DNA of 64,000 nucleotides, taken from the NCBI GenBank assembly GCA_036867785.1, contig CP145414.1, positions 620,001 through 684,000 of the forward strand, written 5' to 3'. The DNA comes from Plasmodiophora brassicae. Lineage: Eukaryota. Positions 36,312-48,696 of the stretch are shown here, piece after piece (within the stretch, counting starts at the first letter, position 1; the number at the start of each line of letters is the position of its first letter). Made by a program: the position numbers and the translations under genes. Below the pieces are notes generated by a model. It did not search any database. It worked only from the letters and a program-made list of their open reading frames with translations, and was not told where the DNA came from.

Positions 36312-36552
36312 CGACCTGCTTTCCGTGTTCAACGTCACCGTGCGATTTGACTGACCTATAAATTATTGTTTCTACGAGGGCTGGCGGGTATCGTTGCTCC
36401 TGCTTGTTCCTGTTTGTGCGGCCGCTCCAACCTACATGCACCGTTGGCAGACATAAATAAAGCAGGGGCATAATAAGTCATTGTCGTCGTGGCAGGCGTT
36501 CTGCCGGTCACACCGGCTTCAGCTCATCATTTTGGTTCCGGACCCCGCAGCG

Positions 36553-36902
36553 ATGGTGGTGGTTCCCGTGTTCACGTCCATTAACGCCGCTGTCAAGCGG
36601 ATGGATATGTGGGCGAAGATGTCGCGGCTCGCTGCCCCAGGTACCCGGACCTGACGTTCTGACGTTCAGTTGGACCTGATCGGGTGACAGCTCACCGAGA
36701 GTTCTACGAACGGCCCGGTGAGGTCCGCCGTCAAGCGCGAATGAAGAAGGAATATAGCAGGAAGATGCAACGCATTCGAGAACTGTTCCGGATGGACCAA
36801 GGTATCTTGTGGTGATGATAATGAATGGGTGTGGTATAACCGTTGTCAATTTCAGAGCAACGCGGGGCGAAGTTTGTCGCATTGAGTTGCTTCGTAGGTT
36901 GA
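36553..36902 (+). CDS. Mitochondrial ribosomal protein bS21-like (absent from the ORF track)
   Basis: Introns 36641-36690 and 36802-36855 give MVVVPVFTSINAAVKRMDMWAKMSRLAAPAHREFYERPGEVRRQARMKKEYSRKMQRIRELFRMDQEQ.... REFYERP..VRR matches the S21 'R.FYEKP' motif. Confidence 0.65.
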
Positions 36903-37084
36903 GTGCTCACTGTTATCTGTAGGAAATAGGCATGACTGCGTCCCGTAAACGAGTCGCCGCAACGCCATCAGAGTAACATGTTCCCAACACAATACACTCT
37001 GCTGACAGGCCATTCACCGATTCGCGACGTCGGTGGAAACTGATGTTTACCAGAACGGACGAGATGCACATTTTAAGAAGATAC

Positions 37085-38467
37085 TCAGTAGCCAAAGAGC
37101 CACCCGAACAAGTAACAGAACCAGCTGTTACAGGGGAATTTGACTCCCAGCTCCATGAGCTTGTTGAAAGCGGCGCTGAAGTCTTTGAAGAACAGAGCCT
37201 CGTCCTTTGCGTACATCTCGACGTACTTCTTGAACTTAGGGTCTTCGATAAGCGCGAGGTCGGTCGGCAACATCATCAGCTTGCCGGTTTTGTCTTCGAA
37301 CTGCTTAGGACCCTTCCACTTCTTCTCGGTCCATTTCTCTTCCAAAAGAAGACGGAAGAATTCGTTGCTGAACGTGGTCGGGGCATTAGTCCAGGGCCCA
37401 GAATATCCAGATGCGTTGGGATGGCAACGGCCAATGGCTATAGAATGGGGGGAATATTAGTCACAGGCTCACAACGGTATGGAGGTTGCTTACCATGGGC
37501 TCCCAAGAGAGCGACGATTTCGCGATCGTTGAAACCCATGCGGTAGAAGATATCGCGGATGTGTTGGGGTCCCTTTTCGGCATCAGGTAGCCGACCGTCA
37601 GGCGGGCAGTAAGTGCCATCAACCTTGTCGCTCCGGCCTGTTATCGAGTGTTCACAGGAGTCATGAAGGTTCCGCGCTAAATGGATTACCTGGACGCCAT
37701 GGGATTGCCGGGCCACCCATCTCCTGGATCGCGACGACGCCCGCGAGTGTCCACATATCGGCATACGACACACCTACCAGGCGCTTCGGTGTGAGTGGCT
37801 ACGGCTAAACCGATCTGATTGACATCGATACCAGGATACTTGGCCTTCAGGGGCTCCAGGACCTGACGAGCGACCGCCAGACCAGCATTTGCACCATGGT
37901 CACACTCTGGCTTGAAGCGCATTGTGGCTCCATCCGACCTGACAGGCGCTCAGGTATTTGAACACACGCCGGAATCTAAAGTAGAGTCTTACCCTCCGGG
38001 ACATTTCTTGTCACCCTTGTCGAATGTTCCCGCCGCGTGCCATGCAAGACGAACCAGGACCGGGCCGTACGAGCCATCGTCATATCTAGGGTCCTTCTCA
38101 AGGATTGCGGCCTATTGGAGCTCATTCAGAAGGGAATACCACGTCCGGTACAAGGCAGATCCATACAATATCTTTGCGCAACTGGGCGTAATCCACCTTT
38201 GCTTCCGCTTCCTTCTTGGGAGCGTCGCAGAATGCAGTCCCCATCGTCACAGCAACCACCGATACACCAGCAGCCGCACCCGCAAATGGGAGCCACCCGT
38301 TGCCACTTCCCCATCGGTCACTCCCCGCCTGAGTCGCCAGCGTACGAGCCGTGAACCCGGCAAACGCCCCTGTAACCACTTCGTTAACATGCCAACGTAG
38401 CCGGACACCAAAGCGAACCTTTCGGGGTCGCGCGCACAGCCACCGAGCGAATCGAACGACCCAACAT
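37085..38467 (-). CDS. CCP1: Mitochondrial cytochrome c peroxidase (class I heme peroxidase)
   Basis: Presequence [69 protein letters not shown] and [16 protein letters not shown]...[16 protein letters not shown]. Confidence 0.92.
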
Positions 38468-39125
38468 GACGACGGAAGTCGGCGACCACCGAATCCGGTT
38501 GCCCAAATTTGATGTCAAAGTTTTCGCCACGTGCCGCCCCACGCCCACTGGCCGTGCCGTGACGGTGGTACGTGTGCGCATGCGCGCGCACCCGCGGCCC
38601 GCGCCGCCGCCTCGTTACGCGTTTTGTCACTGGTTTTGCTCACGGCAAGGAACTTGTGGGCAGCCGCCAACGGCCATCCTCAATGTCGATTCTGGTGCAG
38701 TATGGTGCGTCTGTGGAGATCGGCACCGTTTGCAAAGACACGGAAATCATAATACCGAAAGTGCACGACCGCATCGTCACGACACGAAAGTGTGCTGACG
38801 CAGCTCCGTCGGTCGCGTCTGCACCATTTCGTTCATATCGGCAGGTACAGCACAGGCCGTTGCCATCTCCGGTCACCTGACGCTGAAGTAGGTATCGGCA
38901 ACGTAAGGTAAATATAATTGGCTTTTTATTCCCTGCATCGGCGCCATGTCGTAAGCCGCCTGATTCTGAAGCAGCTATCGCGTTCCTGCGCAGTGGCGCC
39001 GCCAACTATTACTGCTTTTGTTTGCCTGGGATGACGCCCTTTTTTACAGGAAATCAGCCCAGCTGACGAAGCGCCCTCGGTCAATCTTCGGGGATAGAAA
39101 ATATCTACACAGTCGTTCGGGATCG

Positions 39126-40514
39126 ATGACGGAACGGGAGCATGTCGATGTGGCGGTCATTGGAGGGGGGATCGGCGGTTTGGCTCTGGCCCACCGTCTT
39201 ATGCAGCGCCAGGGGACGCCATGTCGCGTGACGGTCTACGAGCGGGATGTGGGCGCCCGGTCGCGGCCACAGGGGTTTCAGATCGGGTTGAACCCGGACG
39301 GCATCAACGCGCTGCGAGAATGTTGTGGCACTGAACCCGATGTCCTCGAGGCGCTGTCGTCCTTGTTCACGCGGGACTCGGTCCAGGGATTCGCAATGGT
39401 CGACGCGAACCTTTCGCCAATGATGTCGTTCGGTGTGAAAAAGATGGCGGATGCAGTCTCGTCTGGCCTTCGATCTCCATCAGCATTTGGTGGCACGGTC
39501 GATCGCTGGCGCTTGCGTGACATCCTAGCAGACTCATTGAAGGAAGGCGAGCGGGGTGACGGTACACGTGCAGGTATCGTGTACGGCAAGCAGGCCGTCT
39601 CCTACGAAATCACACCGACCGGGGCAGTTCAAGTTCGGTTCTCAGATGGGTGGGACGTGACGGCTGATATCGTTATCGGGGCCGACGGTGCCAATTCAAA
39701 GCTTCGCGCGATTCGGACCCCCTCCCTTGAGCACCGTCCGATTGGCGTCATCAACACCGGCGGGTTTGTCGCGTTTGATGGCAAGCGCTTTCCTAAAGTG
39801 AACTCGGCCGTGTTCGGTGATGGGAAGCGCCCACCTCACCTGGTACGCGCAATGAGCCGTAACGGCGTGTCCGTCCTCATGCTGCCCTTCCGGAGTCCCG
39901 ACAACAATATGCAGCTGATCCTGGGTACTACAATGCCGGCGCCTGGCGGAGACGCCATCGCGTTTATCCAAGAAGCCGGGCTGGATAAAGGCACTGCGGA
40001 GCCTGAAGTGCTTCGAGGTCGCGTCAAGCAGCTGTGCTTGGATGCTGTTAAGCGCGCGAAGTTTGATCAGGAGCTGATCACCATGTACAGCGAGATGGAC
40101 CCGTCTTCCGTGTTCGACAAATTCCGAAACGATCTGGCCATTATCATGCCCATGAAGAGCAACCCGTTCGCAACCGGCAACGAGCACGAGGGGCGCGTCA
40201 CCCTGATCGGGGACGCGCTTCACGCTATGACAACCCATCGCGGCCTGGGTGCGAACACGGCGCTGATGGACGCCGCCGACCTCGGCGCTGCCATCGAACG
40301 TGCCGCCTCTTCGGCTGGGGCCAGCAGCAATCGTATCTCGTCGATACGCTCCGCCATCACCGCCGTCGAACCGAAACTCGCCAAACGCGGGTTCGACAAT
40401 ATACGCGCGTCCCTGCAGAGCACGAACTCGATGTGCCTAACCGGGTGGAAAGCCATGATGCGTGACGCCGTCATCCGGTGCATCGGGTTCGTATTGTGGG
40501 TGCTGGGCAAATAG
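39126..40514 (+). CDS. Class A FAD-dependent monooxygenase (intronless)
   Basis: VAVIGGGIGGL (GxGxxG), VIGADGANS (DG motif), VTLIGDALHAMTTHRGLGANTALMDA (GD motif) and a hydrophobic C-terminus. Confidence 0.92.
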   Translation: MTEREHVDVAVIGGGIGGLALAHRLMQRQGTPCRVTVYERDVGARSRPQGFQIGLNPDGINALRECCGTEPDVLEALSSLFTRDSVQGFAMVDANLSPMMSFGVKKMADAVSSGLRSPSAFGGTVDRWRLRDILADSLKEGERGDGTRAGIVYGKQAVSYEITPTGAVQVRFSDGWDVTADIVIGADGANSKLRAIRTPSLEHRPIGVINTGGFVAFDGKRFPKVNSAVFGDGKRPPHLVRAMSRNGVSVLMLPFRSPDNNMQLILGTTMPAPGGDAIAFIQEAGLDKGTAEPEVLRGRVKQLCLDAVKRAKFDQELITMYSEMDPSSVFDKFRNDLAIIMPMKSNPFATGNEHEGRVTLIGDALHAMTTHRGLGANTALMDAADLGAAIERAASSAGASSNRISSIRSAITAVEPKLAKRGFDNIRASLQSTNSMCLTGWKAMMRDAVIRCIGFVLWVLGK

Positions 40515-40737
40515 GCGGGTGGAATACAGCCGACTGGAAGACAGTACCGTTATACCCAGCACGATGACAATACAGAGTCATGTGGGCGAGAATGGATTAC
40601 GCCCGAGAGCCGAGCGTCGGTTTTTGCGGCGTCGCCGGTTCATTTCTGGAATGACGTCGTCACGGTCGTTCTAACGGCGACGTGCGGATTGTGGCTCTTT
40701 GCCATTGCGACGGGGCCGGCGGCCGGCTGGCATCACG

Positions 40738-43465
40738 ATGAACGCGAAGTCGAGTCGCGTGGCGCGAGGTCTGCCCGAGACAGTGGGATCATCGGATGAT
40801 GCCTGAAATGGTTTGCAGGTTTGGTCCCGAGGCGGCTCAAGAAGGTGGCAACTGGAGGCGATGGCGAGCTGAAAACGGATGAAGAGGCACCGGTGGCCAA
40901 TACGCCGCTTGTAAATTTGAGGACGACGCTGGAACTGTTCGGGCTGCCTGGTTTCAAGGTCGACATGTATGTCGAGCGGAGGATCAAGGACAGCAAAGAG
41001 GTCAGCGGCCACCGGGACGAACTGTCGACAAGGAAGGTGCTCTTGAACGAGGCTTTGAAGACGTTTGTCACCGATAATTACCGGAAATTCATCCATACCT
41101 CGAAGGAAATCGAACGTAGTCTACGCGCGCGCATATGCTCACTTCGCGTCTCTAATCACGTTTCTCTGGCAGACATCGAAGGGGACATGTCCAACCTGTA
41201 CAACACGCTGACTCACTATTCGGGTGCATTGAAGAAGTTGCAGGATATGTCGTTTACGTCCGAAATCGAGGACGGTTGGTAGATCGTCCGATGCATTCTT
41301 CGACATTGTGTGATTCCACTTTGTGTAGGGAACATCACGCAGTCAATGGATAACGACACCCAGGACACGAAACCGCACAGCACGGATCTTCTTGGTGAGG
41401 TGCTGGAAGAACTTGGCACCCTGATGTTCGAGAGCAAGTTGGATCAGGCGGTTACTCTGATAACTTCGGTTATGGACCGCATCAATCTTAGTGATCCGAA
41501 GAAAGATGACGTCATAATGGCAAAACAGGCCATCAAGGGCAAGCTGGGACAGCTGATTGGGCTGTTGTCCGAAGCCACTCAGGTCCGGCCCCTGTATGGT
41601 TCGTTGCACGAGCGTTTCTGAGTTTGCCTCAGTCGGACGTTCTCAAATCTAGTGAGCGGCGACGCTACTTGAACCATATTGTCCAGCTGGGGTATCCTGA
41701 AAAGGCATTGAGGCTCTTTCTGCAACATCGACGTTCTGTCCTTCGCGCGTCCTACGGTATGCTCGGCATGACGAGACCAAGATGGTTACGCAAACTCAGT
41801 TCGTGGCTGTGTACAGGCCAGATTCGGTCAACTGGCGAGTTGACATCGTACATTACTGACGTATCCGGCATTATATTCTCAACTGTCGCAATGGCGTGGA
41901 TCGATTTCCGCCGTATATTTCGCCAGCCAGCTCGAGCATCGGCGTTCTATCGTTGGGTCATTGACGAGCTGTACGCCTTCGACGACACGTTTACTCGGCT
42001 CGTGTTCCAGTCCGACTCAGCCTTCCGCGTCGTCTGCCAATGTGTTCACCTAGCTGTTCTGTCTTGCAAAGTATTGGAAAAGCAAGGAATGCGCTTCTCG
42101 TTCATGCTGGAGACCCTCTTTTATGATGCACTGGTCGGTTCGTACTGCAGTCCTACTACGAACAGTCTAACATGGGATTTGGACGCAGAGAGCCGCCTTT
42201 CAGTCCTACAGTATAGCTGTTCGACAAACTGTATCAAAATCGGTCAAGGCCGAGAACTGGGAAATCGAGCAAGCCTGGGTAAAGCAATCGGTATCGTCGG
42301 AAACTGCAGAGAAGGTCGGAATCGTGCCGCAGTCTGCACGGGCAAGGCTCATGACTGTTTTACAGCTCTCTATAACGAAGAGCGCCCGCAATCTCTACGA
42401 TACCGTGCATCAGTTCATCCTGGATATGAAGTTGGTTCTGATCAACCCGGCTCTGTTTGACCCGACTGTAAACGATCTACTTCCGTTGGCCATATCCGGC
42501 ATTCGTAGTCTTTTCGAAGACTATCTCTTGGCAATGACCGCTGCGTCGAAATCGGATATGATATCAGATGCACAAGGCATGTCGATTGTAGCAAACTGCT
42601 ACTTCTTAGCGGAGGATCTGTTCCCCCGCATCAAGAAGCAACTCGCTGGAAAAGTCGACATGAAACGAGGTACGTTACCGTTCCGTTTGATACTGGGCCG
42701 TTGTTACCTACTGGCGATCAGGTTTGTCCAACATTGCCGCGTTTCACGACCAGCTTGGGAAGTTTTACAAGGCGCAGCGCGACTTTTTCTTTCAACAACG
42801 CGGTGAAGTATGGGTTCGAGATGTCATCCGATGGCCCGCAAATGCCAGTGCATGGTACAAGGAAGGCGGTAATCCGGACGCTCCCGTTGAGACGCCTTCC
42901 CCGGGTTTCATCAACTTCGGAAAGTACTTGGAAACGTTGCAGTCGTTGGCGAAAAGCTGTTTGGATGTAAGTCACTTGTGCTGCTTGTCTCCCTTTGGGA
43001 TCCTTATTCGTCGACGTAAAGGCGGAAGTACCGAGAATGCAATCCCGCGCCGTTGCCGAAGTTCTGTCGCTTCTACGTTCGGATGCGCAATGGTCACACG
43101 CTCCCGAGAAATTCGACACCCGAGCCTACCGGCAGCTCGTTCTGGACATGATGTTCACGAAAATGGCTGAGGGTGGCAGTGGCCACTACCTGGACAGCAT
43201 ATCGAGGTACATCGGGGAAATTGTAGGGCAGGCCCGTAAACGCTTGGTTAATCCGGGCGATGCATCCGCCGTCGATGAGGCATGGGCTGTCACCATCGTG
43301 GATTGCATGCCCGAGAAATCCCGACTGTCGCTGGTGTCCGTCGGGGATAACGCTGCCCCTGATAGACCGCCCGCTCAATTGGTGCTGCCGGCCCGAACTC
43401 CTCGAACTACCCGGGCGCTCTCAACAATGCCCTCTAAACCTAAATCATCGAGTAAAGATCTATAG
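40738..43465 (+). CDS. EXO84: Exocyst component Exo84-like (Vps51/Exo84 family)
   Basis: LKTFVTDNYRKFIHTSKEI..IEGDMSNL N-terminal coiled motif. HIVQLGYPEKALRLFLQHR, GELTSYITDVSGIIFS and SAFYRWVIDEL match the Exo84 C-domain pattern. Confidence 0.75.
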
Positions 43466-44144
43466 ATGTGTGCATAGACGCGACTGTTCGAGGAGGACGA
43501 AACACCGGAAGGCATCATCAAGGTCCGGTTGCCAAACGGAGAACCCAGGAGTTGTCCACGAAGGACACCGTCGCACTCGCGAAAGTGGGGTCTGCAGCAA
43601 TTCACAAGGGCCGCGCTCTTCAAGCGATTCCTTATCTGGCGGTCTCGAGCGCTTCCGTCAAACACGTCGACGCACTCTACCGAGGCCGCCCTTGATCCGG
43701 GCGTTAAGCTTGCTCGCTGGCGAGCGTTGCCTCGGCCTTCGGTTGCAGAAGGGCGAGCGGTCGAGACATTGGGTCGGTAGTCGAGTTGCATCGTCGTCTG
43801 GGGAGCAAGTAGCAGTACCTAGGCGATGAGGTCGTTGAGAATCCATGACGTCGGGAGCTCGTCCCGATTCTGGTCTTTGCAGCGGACCAGCTCGACAGGG
43901 CCTGGCCTTATCGTCAACAAGCGACACCCGAGTTACCAACGCCATGTCCCGACGACGAGGGACAGTCGTCCGCGATCGTTGCCGGAATCGGGGGCCTCCA
44001 CTCGGCGTCATGGTCGTCGCTTGCCGTGCACTATGCTCAGTAGTACGTAGATCGGCAACGGCGACCTAAACTGTCGAGTCGCGACGTCTGTGACGCGTCT
44101 CTGAATAAAATGTGCTGAACGGGGGGATCACAACGGCGCCGACC

Positions 44145-46352
44145 ATGAAGGCGCTGGCAGCGACGGCCGTCCTGCTGGCCTGCCTCCAGGCATTATCGTC
44201 TGCGGCAACGACGTACACGATCAGCGCCGGGTGCTCTATTGCGGCGGATGGCGTCCCCGACTCGGCGACCTCGTCGAGTGTCGCAGCGATCCTGCGGTCA
44301 GCGACCACCGCCACGAACGCGACGTCCAGCTGGCCGATCGGGTTCACCCCATTCGCCGTCAAATTCCTGACGGTCCTCTACCCTGGGCGCGTCCTGCGCG
44401 CCGTATCGAACACGTCCACGCCGCTGACGACGTACATCACCATCGGGAACACGGGCCGCGCCTCTGGCGTCATCACCGACCTACGCGACCTGCCCGACGC
44501 GTTCACCATCACCGAGTACACGCCCGCCGTGAACGTCACCGTCTCGTCCGACAGGTCGACGATGACGTTCCAGAGCGGGCTGACGGCCGGGAGCCTAACG
44601 GACGCGTTCGTGATCGGGTGCGACGTGATGAACGCGTCCCGGGCGCTGATCCAGCAGTCGTCCGCGATCCAAACGGGGAACGCCGCCCGGTACAACAACG
44701 CGCGCGTCCTGGTCGTCGTCGAGTGGACGCTGATCGGGCTGTCGATGCTGGGCCTTGTGATGATGTCGTCCGTGTTCCTGACCTGGATCCGGTTCCTGCC
44801 CGAGTTCGACACGTACAACGTGACGAAGTACACGTTGCTGACCTTCGTCGTCATCAACATTGCCAGCTGGTTCGGCGGGTTCTTCGGCTGGGTCATCTCC
44901 GGCGTCGTCCTCGTCCTCGTCATCCTGGTCTGCGCCACCTGGCTGCCCCTGGCCCGCTTCTGCCCTCGGGCCGGGGCCGGCCTCGAACGAATGACGAAGG
45001 GCGGATCCGGACAGCGTCTCGGGCGCTGCCCTGCCTGGCTGACCAGGACACAGAAACGCGTCATGCTCGTCGGTGTCGCGATCGTCGTCGTCCTGATGGG
45101 GACCTTCACCCTCGTGTTCTTTGTGTGGTCTCCCGACCATTACCTGGTGTACAGACGCGATACGCAGCAGCAGGAGGTTGAGATCCAGCCCAGCATCGTC
45201 GCCAAAGGCCTGCTGATGGCGTACTCCTTCAACGGCCTCGCCGCCTGGCTCCACCTGAACAACGTGTTCTCCGTCCAGAGCGACGAATGCGGGAAGGTTG
45301 CCAGGCGCCCCGGTGCCTGTTAACATCGCTGCTGGCTAACGGGTCCGGCGTTTGCTCAGCTTGCGGACGCGCCACTGAACGACGCCCAGAAGGACAGCCG
45401 CATCAACCAGGAGTTCATCGTCCCGTACAAGATCGACATGTCGCAGTACGTGGCCAGCGATTACCGGCAGTACAGCACGTTGAACGAATGGTTCGAGCGG
45501 CGCATCCGCCCCGACCTTCGACCGATCCACATGCCCGGCGACCCGACCGTACCGACTGGCGATGCTGCACCACATGCAGGCTGACAACGGCGCAGGTCCT
45601 AACGTCGGGGGCCGACTCGCGCACGACCGTGTTCAAGTCAGTGCCGGAGGACAGCGCCATGTGGCTGAAGGGCAACTACCTGACCGTCGGCCAGCTGCTG
45701 AACTTCAACGCGTACTGGGACACGTTCGCCGGCGGGTCCGCCGTCATCCATCGTCTGGCCCCGCAGGACTATCACAGGTGGCCGGTCCACAGCGGCGATC
45801 GGGCAGCCGGTCGCTGAAACGGCTGGAGCAGGTTCCACTCTCCCATGACCGGGACGGTCCTGTCGCAGGACTTCGTCAGCGGCCCCCTGTATTCAGTGTC
45901 GGCGGATGGGATGCGGTCCGTTCGCTGGGGCACAATCGTCAGCGCGCGTCGTCCGGTCTGACACGCACACACACGGCGGGGCAGGTCGAAGAACGGCGCC
46001 ATCTTCAACCACAGGATGATCACGATCCTGAAGGACGCGGCCGGGCGCCTGGTCGCCTACGTGAACCTCGGGGCGACCTGCGTCGGCTCCATTGTACGTC
46101 GTCGCCAAACGTTCCCAGGGACTGCCCCCCTCACGCCTGGACCATGTCGTCTGGCAGATCCCGACGGTGCCGGTGGGAGGGACGGTGCGGAAGGGCGGCG
46201 AGCTCGGCACGTTCGCGTTCGGCGGGTCGACGATCGTCATGCTGTTCCCGCCGGCGACCGTCGCGTTCGACCCCGACCTGGCGTACATGTCGTCGCAGGC
46301 CACCGAGACCCTGGTCCAGATGGGCATGCCGATCGCCAGGTGGATCGTCTGA
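44145..46352 (+). CDS. Phosphatidylserine decarboxylase (PSD2-type) with N-terminal signal, ectodomain and about 4 TM helices
   Basis: INQEFIVPYKIDMSQY...YSTLNEWFERRIRPDLRPI, WLKGNYLTVGQLL, IHRLAPQDYHR, VNLGATCVGSI and GELGTFAFGGSTIVMLF (GGST autocleavage site). Confidence 0.9.
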
Positions 46353-46632
46353 TACACACGCTGCTGGCGGGCGCGCCGACCTACCTACATAGGCCGACAC
46401 GTCAGATCCGTCGTGCGCGGTGCCGCCCCGGCCGCGTCGCTGAACCCGCATGGGCGGCCGCCGCGCGGGGGCACCCGTCGGCCAACGTTACGCACGTCAC
46501 GAGCGCCTCGGATCGCGGTCGGGGCCGTCTGGTGGACGCGTCACGAAGAGAGCGCGCGCGGCGATATATTCATTGTGCGAGAGATCCGCCGGCACGACGA
46601 TCGGTGGCGGACGGGGGCGTCCGCAACCGGCG

Positions 46633-47812
46633 ATGGGGGAGACGCGCGACCAGCTGGAGGCGCTGTCGCGTCGCGACCTGCAGGCGCTGGCGAAGGCGCG
46701 TGGCGTGCGCGCCAATATGAAGGTCAGGGGCGCTGGTCCACACACACCCCGGGTGCTGACGTTGATGTGCCAGTCGGCGGATATCATTGAGGAGATACTG
46801 GCTGGCGCGTCCAGGACGGCCGACGAAGCCGACGCAGAACCCGCCGCGCCTGCTATCGAGGCCCAGCAGGCGATGGTCGCTAGCGAAGAGGGTGTATGCG
46901 AGCGCCCGGTGGAGCAGGCCACCGTTGACGCCGCTCCAGGAAGCGCACCGGCAGCGGCGGTCGACACACTCGCTTCGGAATCGGCCGAGGAGGAGCCGAG
47001 CCCACGCGAATCTGTCGAAGCGGGTGATGCAGGCGATGGTCGAGAAGGTGGCGAACAGGAGGAGGCGGCTGTCCTGGCCGATGAACCAAGGGCCGACGAG
47101 GCAGCCGAGGAGGACCAAGACGGGCCTGAGGTTTCCGCAGCGGTGCAATCGGAGGACGTCGACGATGAACCCGTGGACAAGACGGGAAGCGACGCGGGCG
47201 TCGTCGGGGACCCGCTGGTCTATGACGTCGCCATCGCGACGTACCGGAAGATCGCGATCGAGGCCTACGAGGAAATCTCGCCGGATGCGTCGCAGAACCA
47301 AGGTGGTGTACGTACTTGCTGCTCTTGGGCCCGTTCCCTAATCAGCGAAGACGATCTGGGTGCAGATGGCAACACGGCTGCGAACGTGCACGATGCGGCC
47401 CGTGCCCCCATCAGCGCCAGGAAACCGCCGAACCCTCAACCGTCATCGGCGGCCAAAGCGAAACCCAAACCCAGGTTCGACCTGCAGGAAAGCCTGAAGC
47501 GACCGATTGGCTGGGAGATGAAGAGGGGTACGTGTCAGGAGCGCGCGCGCGCGCGCGTTTCCCCATCCTGACGCGGGTCCCACAGGGCCCCTTCCTCCGC
47601 TGGCCACGACACCTGTCGGGGACGCGCGTGTCGGCGGCACCATGTGGTCCCCAGCCAGGACCGCCGAACGCAAGAAGGAGTTCAAGAGCAGCGAGTTCGG
47701 CGGGACGAAGCGCCGTATCGACAGCTACCTGTCGGGCGGGCACTCCAAGGCGACCCAGCGCATCCAGGAGCTGAGGCAGAGGCCCGCGTCGAAGTCCCCG
47801 CCCCGCCCCTGA
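46633..47812 (+). CDS. NuSAP-like protein (SAP/HeH-like N-terminus, acidic middle, FDL..SL.RP C-terminal motif)
   Basis: LEALSRRDLQALAKARGVRANMK at the N-terminus and KPRFDLQESLKRPIGWEMKRG near the C-terminus resemble the two conserved NuSAP blocks. Confidence 0.65.
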
Positions 47813-47994
47813 TCGCTGCGCGGGTGTGTGCCGCCTGCCATGCGCGACCTTGGTGAACATGTGAACCCGCCTATTATTGCGTTACTGTGCCGTTCGTGTC
47901 GCCGATCATCAGCGATCGGCCACAATTCACACACGACCACGTCGTCGTTAGTCCGCATGCGCCCATTCGCAATAATTAGGTCGGGGGTGAGGCG

Positions 47995-48484
47995 ATGCCG
48001 AGGATTGTCAACGGCGAGATCGTGCCGGACGACGAGACGGGCGTGACGGCGACGAGGCGGACGTCGGCACGGGTGAGATGATGGGCGCCCCGGGGAACCC
48101 AAGGTGACGGTTCTCTGACGTGTGATGCAGCGGATATCGGCGCCGCGGGCGGCGCCAGCGCCGACGACGCCGGAGCCGACGCTGGATTCGTTCCTGAACG
48201 CGGACTGGTTTGGCATACCGCACGCGACGATCATGGGGACGCCTGTCCGTCCGCAGCATTTCGCGCTGGCGTTGCTGCTGGTCTTGTTGCTCGGGCTCGC
48301 GAACGGGTCCATCGTCGCCTTGGTCCTGTTCATGTTCTATCGGACACCGCCTGGAGGGCTGGGCGCGCCTGCTGCGACGCAGCCCCCAGCCGGTGCTGAT
48401 CCGCCACCGACCGAGCGTCGCTCGTCTACCAGGACGCGAGCACCACCAGCCCGTGGCTATCACTCGATCCACGACTTCAAATGA
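47995..48484 (+). CDS. FAM241/DUF4605-like small membrane protein
   Basis: N-terminal MPRIVNGEIVPDD motif, intron(s), then FGIPHATIMGTPV and a hydrophobic hairpin LALLLVLLLGLANGSIVALVLFMFY. Confidence 0.55.
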
Positions 48485-48696
48485 CGACATACAATTGGGG
48501 CCAACGGTGTTCATGTTTCATTTCGTAAACGATGCGTTGGCGGTGATGACTGCGTGCGACTGTCCCGTCGCGACACGACAGAAGCGGGAATGAACCCGCA
48601 GGCGGCCGCTCCGCTGACGTTCAGCGGGCCAGCAAGCGCACAGCGTGTTACGAACCAGACAACACCCAGACTGTCGCCAATGCATATGGGGCCATG

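Noticed and set aside
38572-39125. ORFs between the peroxidase and monooxygenase genes
   Set aside because: No motif, lower GC and a TATA-like taaatataa near 38909; more consistent with a divergent promoter region.
43468-44050. Possible small minus-strand gene between Exo84 and PSD
   Set aside because: No consistent spliced frame or motif could be built.
44231-45326. Long overlapping and antisense ORFs (316, 243 and 243 aa) over the PSD gene; similar ones over the MORN, Sen1 and NuSAP-like genes
   Set aside because: Expected shadow ORFs from high GC3 codon usage; Arg/Pro-rich with no domain features.
47541-47557. (GC)n run as a Z-DNA or regulatory element
   Set aside because: Short microsatellite inside an intron of a GC-rich genome; no further support.
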